From positions 2,656,001 to 2,720,000 of the forward strand of contig CP084167.1 in NCBI GenBank assembly GCA_021513715.1: a stretch of 64,000 nucleotides of DNA, in the 5' to 3' direction. This DNA comes from Candidatus Heimdallarchaeum endolithica. Lineage in GTDB: Archaea > Asgardarchaeota > Heimdallarchaeia > Heimdallarchaeales > Heimdallarchaeaceae. The notes beneath the pieces are model-generated. The model did not search any database. It saw only the letters and a program-made list of their open reading frames with translations, and had not been told where the DNA came from. How positions within the stretch are numbered: position 1 is the stretch's first letter; each line of letters opens with the position of its first letter. Below are positions 28,905-39,337 of this stretch, piece after piece. The position numbers were made by a program, and so were the translations under genes.

Positions 28905-31082
28905 CTATTCTTTATATTCAAATCTTTCTGAAACTCTAATGTCTCTAGATGAAAAACCTATAAGCAGCTCAAATGTTCCTTCTTCTACTTTCCATTGATG
29001 TAGCTGTGGATCATAGTATTGTAAATGTTCTTTGTTGAAATTAAATTGAATTTCCTTCTCCTCTCTACTTCTAAGTGTTATCTTAACAAAACCTTTCAGC
29101 TCCTTAAAGGGTCGAATTAATGAACTATCGATATCTCGAATATAAGCTTGAACCACAACTTTTCCTTCTCTGTTTCCTGTATTTTTTACCTTAAATTTTA
29201 CTTCTATGGTTTCATTACCCTTGAAAGTTTTCTTGTTCAAAGTAAGTTTTTCACAATTGAAAGAAGTATATGATAAACCATGACCAAATGGAAATTGAGG
29301 TTCTATTTCATGAGTGTCAAAATGCCTGTATCCTATCATTATTCCTTCCTTATAACGCATTGTTGTTGAAACAAAAAAGCGTTTTTTTTCTTTTGTATTT
29401 TGCTTTAAGTGTTTGATTTTTTGATTAAGGAAGTCTTTCGAATAATTTGCTACAGTAGAAAAATCATTCCATCTTTTGGCCATTGTGAAAGGAAGTTTAC
29501 CTGAAGGGTTAACTTTTCCTAAAATGACTTCTGCAACAGGAATAGCAGCATTCTGACCAAGGTAAAAACTGTGAATAATAGCTTCAGCTGAGTTTATCCA
29601 ACTTTCTGTTTCAAACCCTCCTCCTGCATTAACTACTACGATTATTTTTTTGTTTAGTTCAGCAACTTTGTTGATAAGTTTAGATTGATTTTGAACAAAT
29701 TCCCAAGGTCTATCAAATGTTTCTGATTCTTCCCATTCAGTGAAACCCGTGCAAATAATGACTTTATCTGCAGTTTTTATTTGTTGTTGATATTTATTAG
29801 CTATTTTATCTTTACTAGTTTTAATTGGGATGAAATTAATATTTGGTGCTAATTCAACTAAAGCTTCGAAGATACTTTTAGGATTAGATACATGAACATA
29901 GCATGATCCTCCTCCACTTGTAGGTGTCTTAAATGCATTTCTCCCCAAAACAGCTATATTTTGTTTTTTCATCATGTTGATTGGTAAGCAATTTCCATCA
30001 TTTTTTAACAGAACAATACTCTCTCTAGCTATTTCAAGAGCAATATCATTATTTATTTTTAAGATGCTTTTAAAATTTCTTTTTTCTTTTTTTCTTCCAT
30101 ATATACCCATCGCAAAAAATACTTTAAGGATATTTCTAACTTTAGAGTCAATCTCAATAAAAGAAGAAGCATTGTTATCCTTGTGTTTTTTTTGTAAATA
30201 ATTAAGAATTCTTTTTGTTGTGTAGAATTTTGCTTCAGGCATTTCAATATCTAATCCAGCTTCTAATGGCCCTTCAGTACTATAAACTGAATCCCAATCA
30301 GATATTATAATCCCATCAAATTTCCACTTATTTCGCAAAACTTCAGTAAGTAGTTCTCTGTTTTCGCTACAGTGAACTCCATTTACTAAATTGTAAGCAG
30401 ACATTACAGCTTTTGCTTTTCCTTTTTGTACAGCAGCCTTGAAAGCAGGGAAATATATTTCATGGAGAGTTCTTTCATCCACAATTACATTAGTAGAGTG
30501 CCTTTTGTATTCTGAATTGTTTGCTACAAAGTGTTTAACAGTTGCTATAATACCAGTTTTTTGTAAACCTTGGATATAAGATACAACAAGCTCTGAAGCT
30601 AAAAAGGGATCTTCTCCCATATACTCAAAATTTCTTCCGTTGGTGGGAACACGATAAATATTTACTCCTGGACCAAGTAAAACAGATATGCCTTTAGATA
30701 AACACTCCTCTCCTATTGCTTCACCAACTTTTAAAATTAAATCTTTATTCCAACTAGCTGTCATAGCTAACAGAACTGGAAAAGCTGTAGATTTTCCATA
30801 CGTTCTGATTCCAGAAGATGCGTCTGTAGTCCATACTCGTGGAAGTTTAAAGCGATCCACACCTGAAATAGCAAACATTTCTTCTCCTGAAAGAAGACTT
30901 ATTTTTTCGTTAATTGTTAATTTGCTTAGAAGGTATTCAACCTTTTTTTCTGTTGTTTCAAGTGAAAAAAAATCTTGTTTTCTGATTTCCTCATTAAGTT
31001 TAATATCAACATTAAGTTTTTCACTGAAATCACGGGGAGTAGTAAAAATATGGTGAAGCACAAATTTTAACAAATTATTCAT
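28905..31082 (-). CDS. Glycoside hydrolase family 3 beta-glucosidase
   Basis: GRNFEYMGEDP, KHFVAN, MSAYN, ISDW nucleophile, PSGKLP, FPFGHGLSYT, Fn3-like C-terminus. Confidence 0.93.
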   Translation of the reverse strand: MNNLLKFVLHHIFTTPRDFSEKLNVDIKLNEEIRKQDFFSLETTEKKVEYLLSKLTINEKISLLSGEEMFAISGVDRFKLPRVWTTDASSGIRTYGKSTAFPVLLAMTASWNKDLILKVGEAIGEECLSKGISVLLGPGVNIYRVPTNGRNFEYMGEDPFLASELVVSYIQGLQKTGIIATVKHFVANNSEYKRHSTNVIVDERTLHEIYFPAFKAAVQKGKAKAVMSAYNLVNGVHCSENRELLTEVLRNKWKFDGIIISDWDSVYSTEGPLEAGLDIEMPEAKFYTTKRILNYLQKKHKDNNASSFIEIDSKVRNILKVFFAMGIYGRKKEKRNFKSILKINNDIALEIARESIVLLKNDGNCLPINMMKKQNIAVLGRNAFKTPTSGGGSCYVHVSNPKSIFEALVELAPNINFIPIKTSKDKIANKYQQQIKTADKVIICTGFTEWEESETFDRPWEFVQNQSKLINKVAELNKKIIVVVNAGGGFETESWINSAEAIIHSFYLGQNAAIPVAEVILGKVNPSGKLPFTMAKRWNDFSTVANYSKDFLNQKIKHLKQNTKEKKRFFVSTTMRYKEGIMIGYRHFDTHEIEPQFPFGHGLSYTSFNCEKLTLNKKTFKGNETIEVKFKVKNTGNREGKVVVQAYIRDIDSSLIRPFKELKGFVKITLRSREEKEIQFNFNKEHLQYYDPQLHQWKVEEGTFELLIGFSSRDIRVSERFEYKE

Positions 31083-32160
31083 TTATATTATAAAAACTAA
31101 ATGAATAGTTAAGTGTTATTATTAGAATACGTTAATTCTTCATAAAAAAGGCAAATGTTTTTAATCAAAAAAGCAAATTTAATGACGATGTCAATTCCTT
31201 CAATCTTTGCATTTGCTTTTATAATAGAATCAACCTTATTACTTGGTTTTACAACTTTTATTTTTATGAAAACATATTTGCAAATCAGACACATTTCTAA
31301 TTTTCTAATGAGTATAGGAACAGGACTAGTAATGATTTCATACTTCGTATCTTTTGGAATGGCTTTTATTGATCAAACAGATGTGGATTCAGCAAAGATA
31401 ATTTTGTCAATTACAAACATGGTAATTACATTAGGTTTATTTCTTATTGCCTTATCTTTATTTTATATAAAATCAAAATATTTTAACATTGCAGCAATTG
31501 TAGGTTCTTTTCTTATTGGAATTGCATTTATCACAGTTTCAAATACAGAGAATCTAAAAATGCACTACGATGAAAATGTTAGATTCTGGATTAATGATTA
31601 TACTAAATATGCTAATATCTTAATGAGTTTGATTTTTCTCATTATTGTTATTTTAATTACTTTATATGTTAATGAAAAAATACGTTATATAATAAGAAAG
31701 AAGAAACTTTTTTCTTTCACAGTTCTCGGAATTTTCTTTGCTTTTGCATGGTTAGCTATAATTTCTATCCCTGGAGTATATGTTTTCAGAGTGTTTCTTT
31801 TACCTATATCGCTGTTTTTTTTAGGTTTAGATAATTTGTTCAATCCTTTAAGTTTAATAGTTTCTCATAATAAACCAACAGAAATTTTTCTTCTTTCAAA
31901 GACCAATGTTCCTCTTGTTGGCTTTAATTATAGTAAAGGAGAAAAAATAGAAGATTTAAGTGATATTAGAATACTCAGAGTTAGTCAATTGCTTATAGAA
32001 GAGAAGGTGGGAGAAACAAAAGATGCTTACTTTTCAGCAAAACAAGGAGAATTAATATCAATAGCTCATGAATAACTTTTTTGTACAAGAATAAAAATGT
32101 AGGAAGAAAAAAGAGGGGAGGAAAAAATTTAGGTTTAAATAGGAAAAAAAGATAAAATAA

Positions 32161-33498
32161 ATGATGAAGAAGAAAGGGAGTAGAGAATGGATGGAGAAAA
32201 CAGTAAGGATAACTTTACTCCCAAGTAGGAAAAAAGAAAAGTATCTAAAGGATGCGCAAAAAAAAGTAAGAGAACTAGCAAACATACTAATACCCTACAA
32301 AAAAAATGTAAAAACAGGAATGGAGTTCCACCATTTAGTATACAAAAGGTTCAGATATCTAGGTCTGCACAGTCAGTTACAAGAGAATGTGCAAAGAAAG
32401 GTATATGGGGCAAAAAAGGTAAAAAAGTTCAGAACCTTACCTTTGGAGTTCAACTTTCCCCGAAGTGGAAAGATAGCAAAAACAAGAAAAGACAACCCTG
32501 TTTTAGTTGTTTCCCCATTGAAAAAAAGGATAGCTTTTCCTATTTGCCGAGATGGAGGGTGGAGAAGACTAAAGGAGTATACAATCAAGGGGTGGGAAGC
32601 ACATAGTTGTAGAATTTTCCAACAAAAAAGGAAAAGAAAAAGGAAAGCAAAAGACCGAAAAAGAAGCAGTAAGGTCAACTATGGGTGGGTAGCACACCTG
32701 AATATTAGAAAAGAACTTCCTCCTCCTCAAGAAGTAGAGGGAACAATAGGAGTAGACGTGGGAAGAAAAGTTTTTGCTGCAGTAACACTTAACCACCCCT
32801 CTTTCCCTTTATTAGAGAGGTATATGGGAAAAGACATAGCTTGGAAACAACATCAGTTAGCAAAAAGAAGAAGAAAACTACAATCCTACAGAGATAAAGG
32901 AAGTAAAAAGGCACGGCGTGCACTAAAAAAATTAAGAATGAAAGAAAGAAAGTATAATAAAACCCGTTGTGAGCAAATAGCTCACGAGATAGTAGATTGG
33001 GCAGTAACTACCCGTTCTGCCATAGTTATAGAAAACATAGAAGGAATAAGAAGTAAATGGAAAAAAGAAAAAACTAAAAGAAGAGGGAAGCAAAGCAAAA
33101 ATCTTCTTCGAGAGTTGAATAATTGGCCTTATGGCTTTTTCCTCTCGTTTTTGACCTCTCTCGCCTATCAACACCATATCCCAGCTGTAAAAGTTGACCC
33201 TCATTATACCAGTCAAACTTGTTCTCGATGTGGACATACTTCCAAGTCTTCACGTGTTAGTCGAGGACTTTATCGTTGTGTTGCTTGTGGTATAGAGCTC
33301 AACAGTGACCGTAACGCTTCTCGTAATATAGCCTTGAAAGGTTTCTCTTTCCTTGCTTTGCCTTTCTTTAGTTCCTGGTCTTCTTTTTATCCTTTCCCAC
33401 GTGAGAAGAAAAATAATTTTCTGGTTTCCGTGGTCGAGGAGCGCTCAACCTCCTCTTCTGGCTCAATGAGTGGTAAGTTCTTCCTCCCTCCCGGATAG
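32161..33498 (+). CDS. tnpB: TnpB/Cas12f-like RNA-guided nuclease, canonical RuvC triad
   Basis: GVDVG, IVIENI, VDPHYTSQTCSRCG..CVACG..NSDRNASRNI. Confidence 0.92.
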   Translation: MMKKKGSREWMEKTVRITLLPSRKKEKYLKDAQKKVRELANILIPYKKNVKTGMEFHHLVYKRFRYLGLHSQLQENVQRKVYGAKKVKKFRTLPLEFNFPRSGKIAKTRKDNPVLVVSPLKKRIAFPICRDGGWRRLKEYTIKGWEAHSCRIFQQKRKRKRKAKDRKRSSKVNYGWVAHLNIRKELPPPQEVEGTIGVDVGRKVFAAVTLNHPSFPLLERYMGKDIAWKQHQLAKRRRKLQSYRDKGSKKARRALKKLRMKERKYNKTRCEQIAHEIVDWAVTTRSAIVIENIEGIRSKWKKEKTKRRGKQSKNLLRELNNWPYGFFLSFLTSLAYQHHIPAVKVDPHYTSQTCSRCGHTSKSSRVSRGLYRCVACGIELNSDRNASRNIALKGFSFLALPFFSSWSSFYPFPREKKNNFLVSVVEERSTSSSGSMSGKFFLPPG

Positions 33499-33555
33499 AT
33501 CTTTCTCGAGAGTAAGATTGGCGTACAAAAATTTTGTACAAAAATCAAGTTGATG
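33392..33555 (+). ncRNA. Predicted omega-RNA scaffold overlapping the tnpB 3' end
   Basis: Main internal segment conserved in the mini element; position at the right end matches TnpB omega-RNAs; hairpins such as GAGGAG..CTCCTC and ATCTT..AAGAT. Confidence 0.65.
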
Positions 33556-33896
33556 AATGCTTTATCCTAACAATAATTGCCAAGAAAATAGATTCTAATT
33601 TGAGATCTGTGCTTTATTTGATATTACAGAAATTCTGTGAATGTATTAACTATTCAGTATTTATCTCTTCTGAAGTTCTAAAACAAGATGAGGAGGAAAA
33701 GTTTCTTATGATTCTAAAAAGTAACCTTGATGCAATATTGTATTAAAAAGAAACTCATTCTTTTTCCATTATTAAAACTAGTAAATACTAACACTCGTTA
33801 ATTGAGTACATACCTGAAAAACCTTTAAAAAATTTAAATAATTTGAACTTCTTCATAAATTAAAACAACATAATTCTTTTAAACGAATTTCTGTAT

Positions 33897-34973
33897 TTGA
33901 TGATGCTAATTTCCCTATACTCCTTATCCTATTTTATTGAGGCTATTCTATTTTTTGGTTTTACTTCGTTTATTTTCATAAAAAGTTACTTAAACATAAA
34001 GCATATTTCTAATCTATTTATGAGTATTGGAGCATTTTTTACACTACTTTCGTATAGCTTGGCTTTTGCATTAGCTTTTACTAGTCCTGACAATATAGAA
34101 AGAGCTAAAATAATTTTGGTAAGTACAAATCTATTACTTACACTGGGTATTTATTTAATTTCTATAGCTCTCTTTTATATAAGATCAAAATTTTTCAATA
34201 TTGCTGCCATTACAAGTTCTTTTGTAATAGGAGTCGCTTTTATAACGCTTTCTTACCTTGAAAATATATCAATGAATTACAATGAAAATGTGAAATACTG
34301 GGTGACTGATTATTCAAAGCATGTAACTGTATTAATGGGTTCAGTTTTATTGTTTATCACAATTTTAATTTCTCTCTATGTAATTGAGAAATTAAAATAT
34401 GACATTAAAAAAAGGAAATTCATTACATTAACAACATTAGGTATATTTACTTCGTTTATATGGATTCTAATAATTTCCATTACCAGATTATATCTATATC
34501 GGATATTTATATTACCTTTAGCTCTTTTTTTGATTGGTTTAGATAATTTATTCAATCCTCTAAGTCTGATAATTTCTCATAACAAGCCTACAGAAATTTT
34601 TCTTCTTTCTAAAACCAATGTTCCTCTTGTAGGTTATGATTATAATAAAAGAAAAAAAATAGAAGATTTAAGCGATATTAGAATACTTAGAGTTAGCCAA
34701 TTACTTATAGAGGAAAAAGTAGGAGAAACAAAAAATGCATATTTCTATGCAACAGAGGGAGAATTAATATCAATCGCTTACGGAAATTTTATTTTGACAA
34801 CTATCGCTAAAAAAATAGATGTTAACTTGAAAACTGTACTTTTTCTTACTCTAAGACAGTTTAACGAATATTTTGATTTTTCAACAGTAAGAAATGTCAA
34901 GGAGTTAAAAAAAGATGAAGAAGAGATGTTTCTTACTATTCTAAATAATTATCTAGACACAATCTTACATTAA
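33897..34973 (+). CDS. About 7-TM membrane protein with C-terminal longin-like domain (intact tandem paralogue)
   Basis: Seven hydrophobic segments, then EIFLLSKTNVPLVGY..FILTTIA..L..F; long near-identical stretch shared with 31155. Confidence 0.7.
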   Translation: MMMLISLYSLSYFIEAILFFGFTSFIFIKSYLNIKHISNLFMSIGAFFTLLSYSLAFALAFTSPDNIERAKIILVSTNLLLTLGIYLISIALFYIRSKFFNIAAITSSFVIGVAFITLSYLENISMNYNENVKYWVTDYSKHVTVLMGSVLLFITILISLYVIEKLKYDIKKRKFITLTTLGIFTSFIWILIISITRLYLYRIFILPLALFLIGLDNLFNPLSLIISHNKPTEIFLLSKTNVPLVGYDYNKRKKIEDLSDIRILRVSQLLIEEKVGETKNAYFYATEGELISIAYGNFILTTIAKKIDVNLKTVLFLTLRQFNEYFDFSTVRNVKELKKDEEEMFLTILNNYLDTILH

Positions 34974-35049
34974 AGAATTCCCTTTTTTAGTGATTTTTAT
35001 AATTTGGAAATATTTTTAAGTTCTTAATAAGGACTTATAGTGATAACAA

Positions 35050-35210
35050 TGAATCTTGTCCTCTCCTTATAGCATGTTGCGAGGGGAACTCGCGCTAAGA
35101 AAAACAAGTCATGAATTTTGATTAGATTAGCGGCGAGTAGAGAAATTGTTTGAGTTTTGCTTTTACTTATAAAAGAACTATAGTTTTACTTTTCTCATAC
35201 TAGCTGTTTT
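35050..35210 (+). promoter_or_regulatory. Structured 5' leader or ncRNA upstream of the GTPase gene
   Basis: Nested stems CTTGT/ACAAG, TAGC/GCTA, GCGAG-gggaa-CTCGC, and a long stem pairing 35129-35145 with 35191-35208. Confidence 0.4.
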
Positions 35211-35236
35211 CTAATCAAATTTTTATTTAATCAAAA

Positions 35237-36235
35237 ATGGAGGTGAAAAAAGTGTCAAATTACACAAAATTAAAGTGGTATCGCTTTGATATTGCGAGAA
35301 GAATCAGAGCGCTTGATGGAGAAGAATTAATTGCAGAATTAGAAGAAATAATAGAAGAAATCAAAAGAAAAAAGTTAGATCGATTAGGAGTATTTAAAGT
35401 TCAGATTAGAGAATTAGAACAGTTAATCGAAAATGAAAAAGCTCAACCAAAAAGAAAAGGAAGACAATATGACCCATTTTATATTCCATATGGAGGAGAT
35501 GGACGAGTTGCACTTTTTGGTTTGTCAAATGTCGGAAAAAGCTCGCTTATGAATGCTATAACTAATGCAGAAGTAGCTACTGGGGATTATTTGAACACTA
35601 CAAGACAAGCCTTAGCAGGGACGTGTGTATATGAGAATGTAAAAATTCAAATTATTGATTTACCTGGTTTCCTTGATTTTAAGGAAGATTGGAACATTAG
35701 TAAACAAATCTTAAGGGTTGCTCGAACTTGTGACTCTATATTACTTGTAATAGACTTGTCAATGGATGTTGAAAGACAATACAACTTTCTTATCAAACAA
35801 TTAGAAAACGCTAGATTAATTAAAGATAGAGAAACAATCTACAAATTTGCTATTATTGCAACAAAAGGTGATCTTCCTTGTACAGAAGAATCTTTTAAGA
35901 AACTGAAAGCAATGACTGATTTAGCTGTATGCCCAATTTCAATGAAAAATAAGGATTCTTTGGATAGATTAAAGAAAATGCTATTTGAAACACTAAATGT
36001 AGTAAGAGTTTACACTAAGAAACCTAAAAATCAACCTGATATGGAGCATCCTCTCGTTCTACCAAAAGGTTCAACAGTTAAAGATGTAGCACTGAAATTG
36101 CATAAGGATTTCCTTAAATTTTTCAACTATGCTAGAATCTGGGGTAAATCTTGCGATTTTCCAGGTCAAAGAGTAGGGGTTGGACATACTCTTGAAGACG
36201 AGGATATAGTAGAAATTTCTACTTCACAAAAATAA
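35237..36235 (+). CDS. DRG/OBG-family GTPase with TGS domain
   Basis: GLSNVGKS, YLNTT, DLPG, TKGD, RVYTK..YARIWG..GQRVG..LEDEDIV. Confidence 0.9.
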   Translation: MEVKKVSNYTKLKWYRFDIARRIRALDGEELIAELEEIIEEIKRKKLDRLGVFKVQIRELEQLIENEKAQPKRKGRQYDPFYIPYGGDGRVALFGLSNVGKSSLMNAITNAEVATGDYLNTTRQALAGTCVYENVKIQIIDLPGFLDFKEDWNISKQILRVARTCDSILLVIDLSMDVERQYNFLIKQLENARLIKDRETIYKFAIIATKGDLPCTEESFKKLKAMTDLAVCPISMKNKDSLDRLKKMLFETLNVVRVYTKKPKNQPDMEHPLVLPKGSTVKDVALKLHKDFLKFFNYARIWGKSCDFPGQRVGVGHTLEDEDIVEISTSQK

Positions 36236-36328
36236 CCTACTTTCTACTTTTTTATTTCAGAAAAGAGATTGAACTAAACTTCTAGTTCTGGATAAAATTT
36301 ATAACATGTAAATATCTTTTCGATTTCA

Positions 36329-36847
36329 ATGGATTCAGTAAGCCATGGAAGTGTTTCCACTCTTATAGGTTTTATTTTCATTCAATTTTATGAGGTGCCT
36401 TTTTTTCCCTTGTTGGTGATATTATTTGTATGGGGGGTCTTAGTTGATTATGATCATGCAATATATTACAAGCGAAAACACCCTGAAGCAAAAATATGGA
36501 ATATTCCTCAATTGATCAAAATCTATTTCAGTACGGTTGATAATAACGATGAATTTGTCTATCATACATGGTTGCATGAACCATTAGGTGTATTATTTGT
36601 TAGTGCGATAACAATACCAATTTTTTATTTTTCTAAATATCCAGAATTTATTATTTTAGCAATAGGTTGTTACTTTTTTCACTTTTTACTTGATTTATTC
36701 TCTGGAAAAATGAAACCTTTGGCTCCTTTTAATGAAAAATTCACAATAAATTGGCAGATTTTGCCAAGAAACTCATTTACTGCTGCTTCAATATCATTAT
36801 TAGTTTTTTTGGTTACGTTAACAATACAAATATTCATTGGTTTTTGA
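36329..36847 (+). CDS. Membrane-bound metal-dependent hydrolase (YdjM-like)
   Basis: N-terminal H, DYDH, HTWLH, HFLLD motifs. Confidence 0.75.
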   Translation: MDSVSHGSVSTLIGFIFIQFYEVPFFPLLVILFVWGVLVDYDHAIYYKRKHPEAKIWNIPQLIKIYFSTVDNNDEFVYHTWLHEPLGVLFVSAITIPIFYFSKYPEFIILAIGCYFFHFLLDLFSGKMKPLAPFNEKFTINWQILPRNSFTAASISLLVFLVTLTIQIFIGF

Positions 36848-36893
36848 TTTTGCAAAAAAAGCTTATTTAGTTAGAAGTTAAATGTAAATTGAG

Positions 36894-39284
36894 ATGTCAA
36901 CAGAATTTGTGGGTAAAGTTCCTACTAAGATAGTAAAACTTGTTTTGAATAAAATTATAAGAAAAAAACATTTCAAAAATAATCAAGTTACTCCTCCAAA
37001 AAATTGGCAATCATTAGGAAGTTTTGTAGGAATAGATAAAGAAAAACTAGAAATAGAACTTGATAATGGCGTAATGAAAATAGACTATATTAAGCCTTAT
37101 GTTGTTAAAATTCTTTATAAACTAAAAAAAGAAAAAGAACCGTTAAGTTTTGCTATTGAAAAAGATCTTGATTCATTTACTGAAATTTCTGTTACTGATA
37201 AAGAAAAGATAGTAAATATAAGCCCTAAAGAAAGTAAGAAAAAACAGAAAATTTCCATTGGTATAGATAAAAAAAATAATCTTTGTAGCTTTAAATCAGA
37301 AAAAGGAGAAATTTATTCTGAAACTATAGCAGATTTTTCTGAAGAAAGGTGGTATAAAAGTATAAAAAGGTCTAATAATACAAATGAACATTATTTTGGT
37401 TTTGGAGAAGCTACTGGAGAGTTAGATAAAGTCAATAATACTATTGCGTTTTGGAATACTGATAGTTTACCTTATGACAACAAACGAAAAAACCTCTATC
37501 AAAGTCAAGCAATTCAAATCACAATTCAAGAAAATGGGCCAATCTACGCAATTATTTATGACAATCCATATAAATCTTTAATCTCTATTGAAAAAAAAGA
37601 AGAAGGTTATATAACTAAATATTTTGTTGCTGGAGGGGGAATAAAATATTACCTTATAATTAGTTCTTCAATTGCCGATTTATTTTCTGAATTGGCCTAT
37701 ATTTTAGGAGATGTACCTCTTCCTCCATTAAATTCTTTAGGGCATCATCAGAGTTTATGGTCATATAAAAATGAAGAAGAAGTGAGAAGAGTTGCAGAAA
37801 CTTTCAGAAAAAAGCAAATACCGTGTGATTTTATTCATTTAGATATTGATTATATGGATGAATATAGAATATTTACTTGGAATAAAGAGCGATTCCCAGA
37901 TATTAAGGCTTTATCTTCTGAATTACTTGAAAAATACAATATTAAGCTTCTAGCAATTACCGATCCTGGAGTAAAAGTCGACCCAGAGTATTTTATGTAT
38001 AAAGAGGGTATAAACGATGGGCATTTTATTAAAAATGGGGATGGAAAAACACTTTTTGAAGGAGAAGTGTGGCCAGGAAAATGTCACTTCCCTGATTTTA
38101 GTCAACAAAAAACAAGAGAGTGGTTCAGCAGTAAATTTAAGATATTGGAGGATAGTGGAATAGAAGCTTTTTGGATAGATATGAACGAACCTTCAATTTT
38201 TTCAGAATTAGGTACTATACCAGAGAATGCAATTCATCCTTGCGATGGAAAGAATAAATTTCACGCTGAAATACACAATCAGTATGGACATTTAATGTCA
38301 AAAGCAGTCTACGAAGGCTTAAAGAAGATTAGGAAAAATAAACGTATATTTATTCTAACTCGTTCAGCTTATATTGGAACACAAAGATATGCTGGAAGTT
38401 GGACTGGAGATAATAATGCTGAGTGGGGACACCTGAGAATGAGTTTACCTATGTTAATGAATATGGCTATAAGCGGTCAAGTAATGATCGGTCCTGATAT
38501 AGGTGGTTTTCTGGGAAAACCTTCTGCAGAACTACTTATTCGATGGTACCAAGCAGGATTATTCTATCCTTTTTTCAGAAATCATAGCATTAACAAAAAT
38601 TGCAGACATGAACCATGGGTATATGGAAAACGCGTAGAAAGAATCATTCGTAAAACTATACAACTAAGGTATAAATTGTTGCCTTATCTTTATACTTCTT
38701 TAGTAGAAACTTGTAAAACTGGTATTCCTTTCTTTAAAGCTCTCTTCATTGATTATTTTGAAGATAAAAAGGTTTATAACAAAGAATGGCTTAATACTGA
38801 GTATTTAATTGGAAAATCTTTACTTATTGCACCAATTCTTAAACGATGGAGAAGAAAAAGAAAAGTATATTTCCCCAAGGGAACAAAATGGTTTAGTTTT
38901 GATGGTACACAAATTTATGAAGGCGGAAAAACATATACTGTTTCGATTCCAATTGATTCCTTTAATTTTATTTTTGTAAAGGAAGGTTCTATCATTCCTA
39001 CAATCGATAAGAACATTCAGTCAACAGAAGAAATACTAAAAGAACCGTTAACTCTTCTAATTTTTGGAGAAAAAGAAGCAAGAGGAGAAGTTTATCTTGA
39101 TGATGGTTGTACAATAAACTATGAACAAGATTATGAAATTACACAATTTGAAGCCAAGCTACAAGAAAAAGAGTCTTGGAACCTTTACCTTTCTAGAAAA
39201 GGAAAAAAGAGAAGATTCATTAATGTTGAAAATGTAAAACAAGTTGGGCATAGGGAAATAGGCTTTGCAATATTTGAAGAATAA
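36894..39284 (+). CDS. Glycoside hydrolase family 31 alpha-glucosidase
   Basis: HLDIDYM, WIDMNEP nucleophile, WTGDN, GPDIGGF, PFFRNH. Confidence 0.93.
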   Translation: MSTEFVGKVPTKIVKLVLNKIIRKKHFKNNQVTPPKNWQSLGSFVGIDKEKLEIELDNGVMKIDYIKPYVVKILYKLKKEKEPLSFAIEKDLDSFTEISVTDKEKIVNISPKESKKKQKISIGIDKKNNLCSFKSEKGEIYSETIADFSEERWYKSIKRSNNTNEHYFGFGEATGELDKVNNTIAFWNTDSLPYDNKRKNLYQSQAIQITIQENGPIYAIIYDNPYKSLISIEKKEEGYITKYFVAGGGIKYYLIISSSIADLFSELAYILGDVPLPPLNSLGHHQSLWSYKNEEEVRRVAETFRKKQIPCDFIHLDIDYMDEYRIFTWNKERFPDIKALSSELLEKYNIKLLAITDPGVKVDPEYFMYKEGINDGHFIKNGDGKTLFEGEVWPGKCHFPDFSQQKTREWFSSKFKILEDSGIEAFWIDMNEPSIFSELGTIPENAIHPCDGKNKFHAEIHNQYGHLMSKAVYEGLKKIRKNKRIFILTRSAYIGTQRYAGSWTGDNNAEWGHLRMSLPMLMNMAISGQVMIGPDIGGFLGKPSAELLIRWYQAGLFYPFFRNHSINKNCRHEPWVYGKRVERIIRKTIQLRYKLLPYLYTSLVETCKTGIPFFKALFIDYFEDKKVYNKEWLNTEYLIGKSLLIAPILKRWRRKRKVYFPKGTKWFSFDGTQIYEGGKTYTVSIPIDSFNFIFVKEGSIIPTIDKNIQSTEEILKEPLTLLIFGEKEARGEVYLDDGCTINYEQDYEITQFEAKLQEKESWNLYLSRKGKKRRFINVENVKQVGHREIGFAIFEE

Positions 39285-39337
39285 GTTCCTTTTTTTCTTA
39301 TAATGAAAACTGAAAAAAGTCTATACTTTTATTTCTT

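Larger units (their letters stand above)
32067..33555 (+). mobile_element. tnpB-only insertion element with imperfect terminal inverted repeats, inserted at CATG
   Basis: Left CATG-AATAACT-TTTTTGTACA; right TGTACAAAAA-TCAAGTT-GATG; boundaries fixed by host-gene reconstruction; no transposase. Confidence 0.9.
31155..33746 (+). pseudogene. Multi-TM + longin-like domain protein interrupted by the tnpB element
   Basis: Joining 31155-32070 to 33556-33746 restores an open frame (..ISIAHECFILTIIAKKID..) collinear with the tandem paralogue at 33897 (..ISIAYGNFILTTIAKKID..). Confidence 0.88.

Noticed and set aside
32161-33498. Cas12f with a CRISPR array
   Set aside because: No repeat-spacer array or cas genes nearby; the gene lies inside an insertion element.
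33534-33746. 70 aa ORF as an independent gene
   Set aside because: It is the C-terminal fragment of the interrupted 31155 gene, with a start borrowed from the element end.
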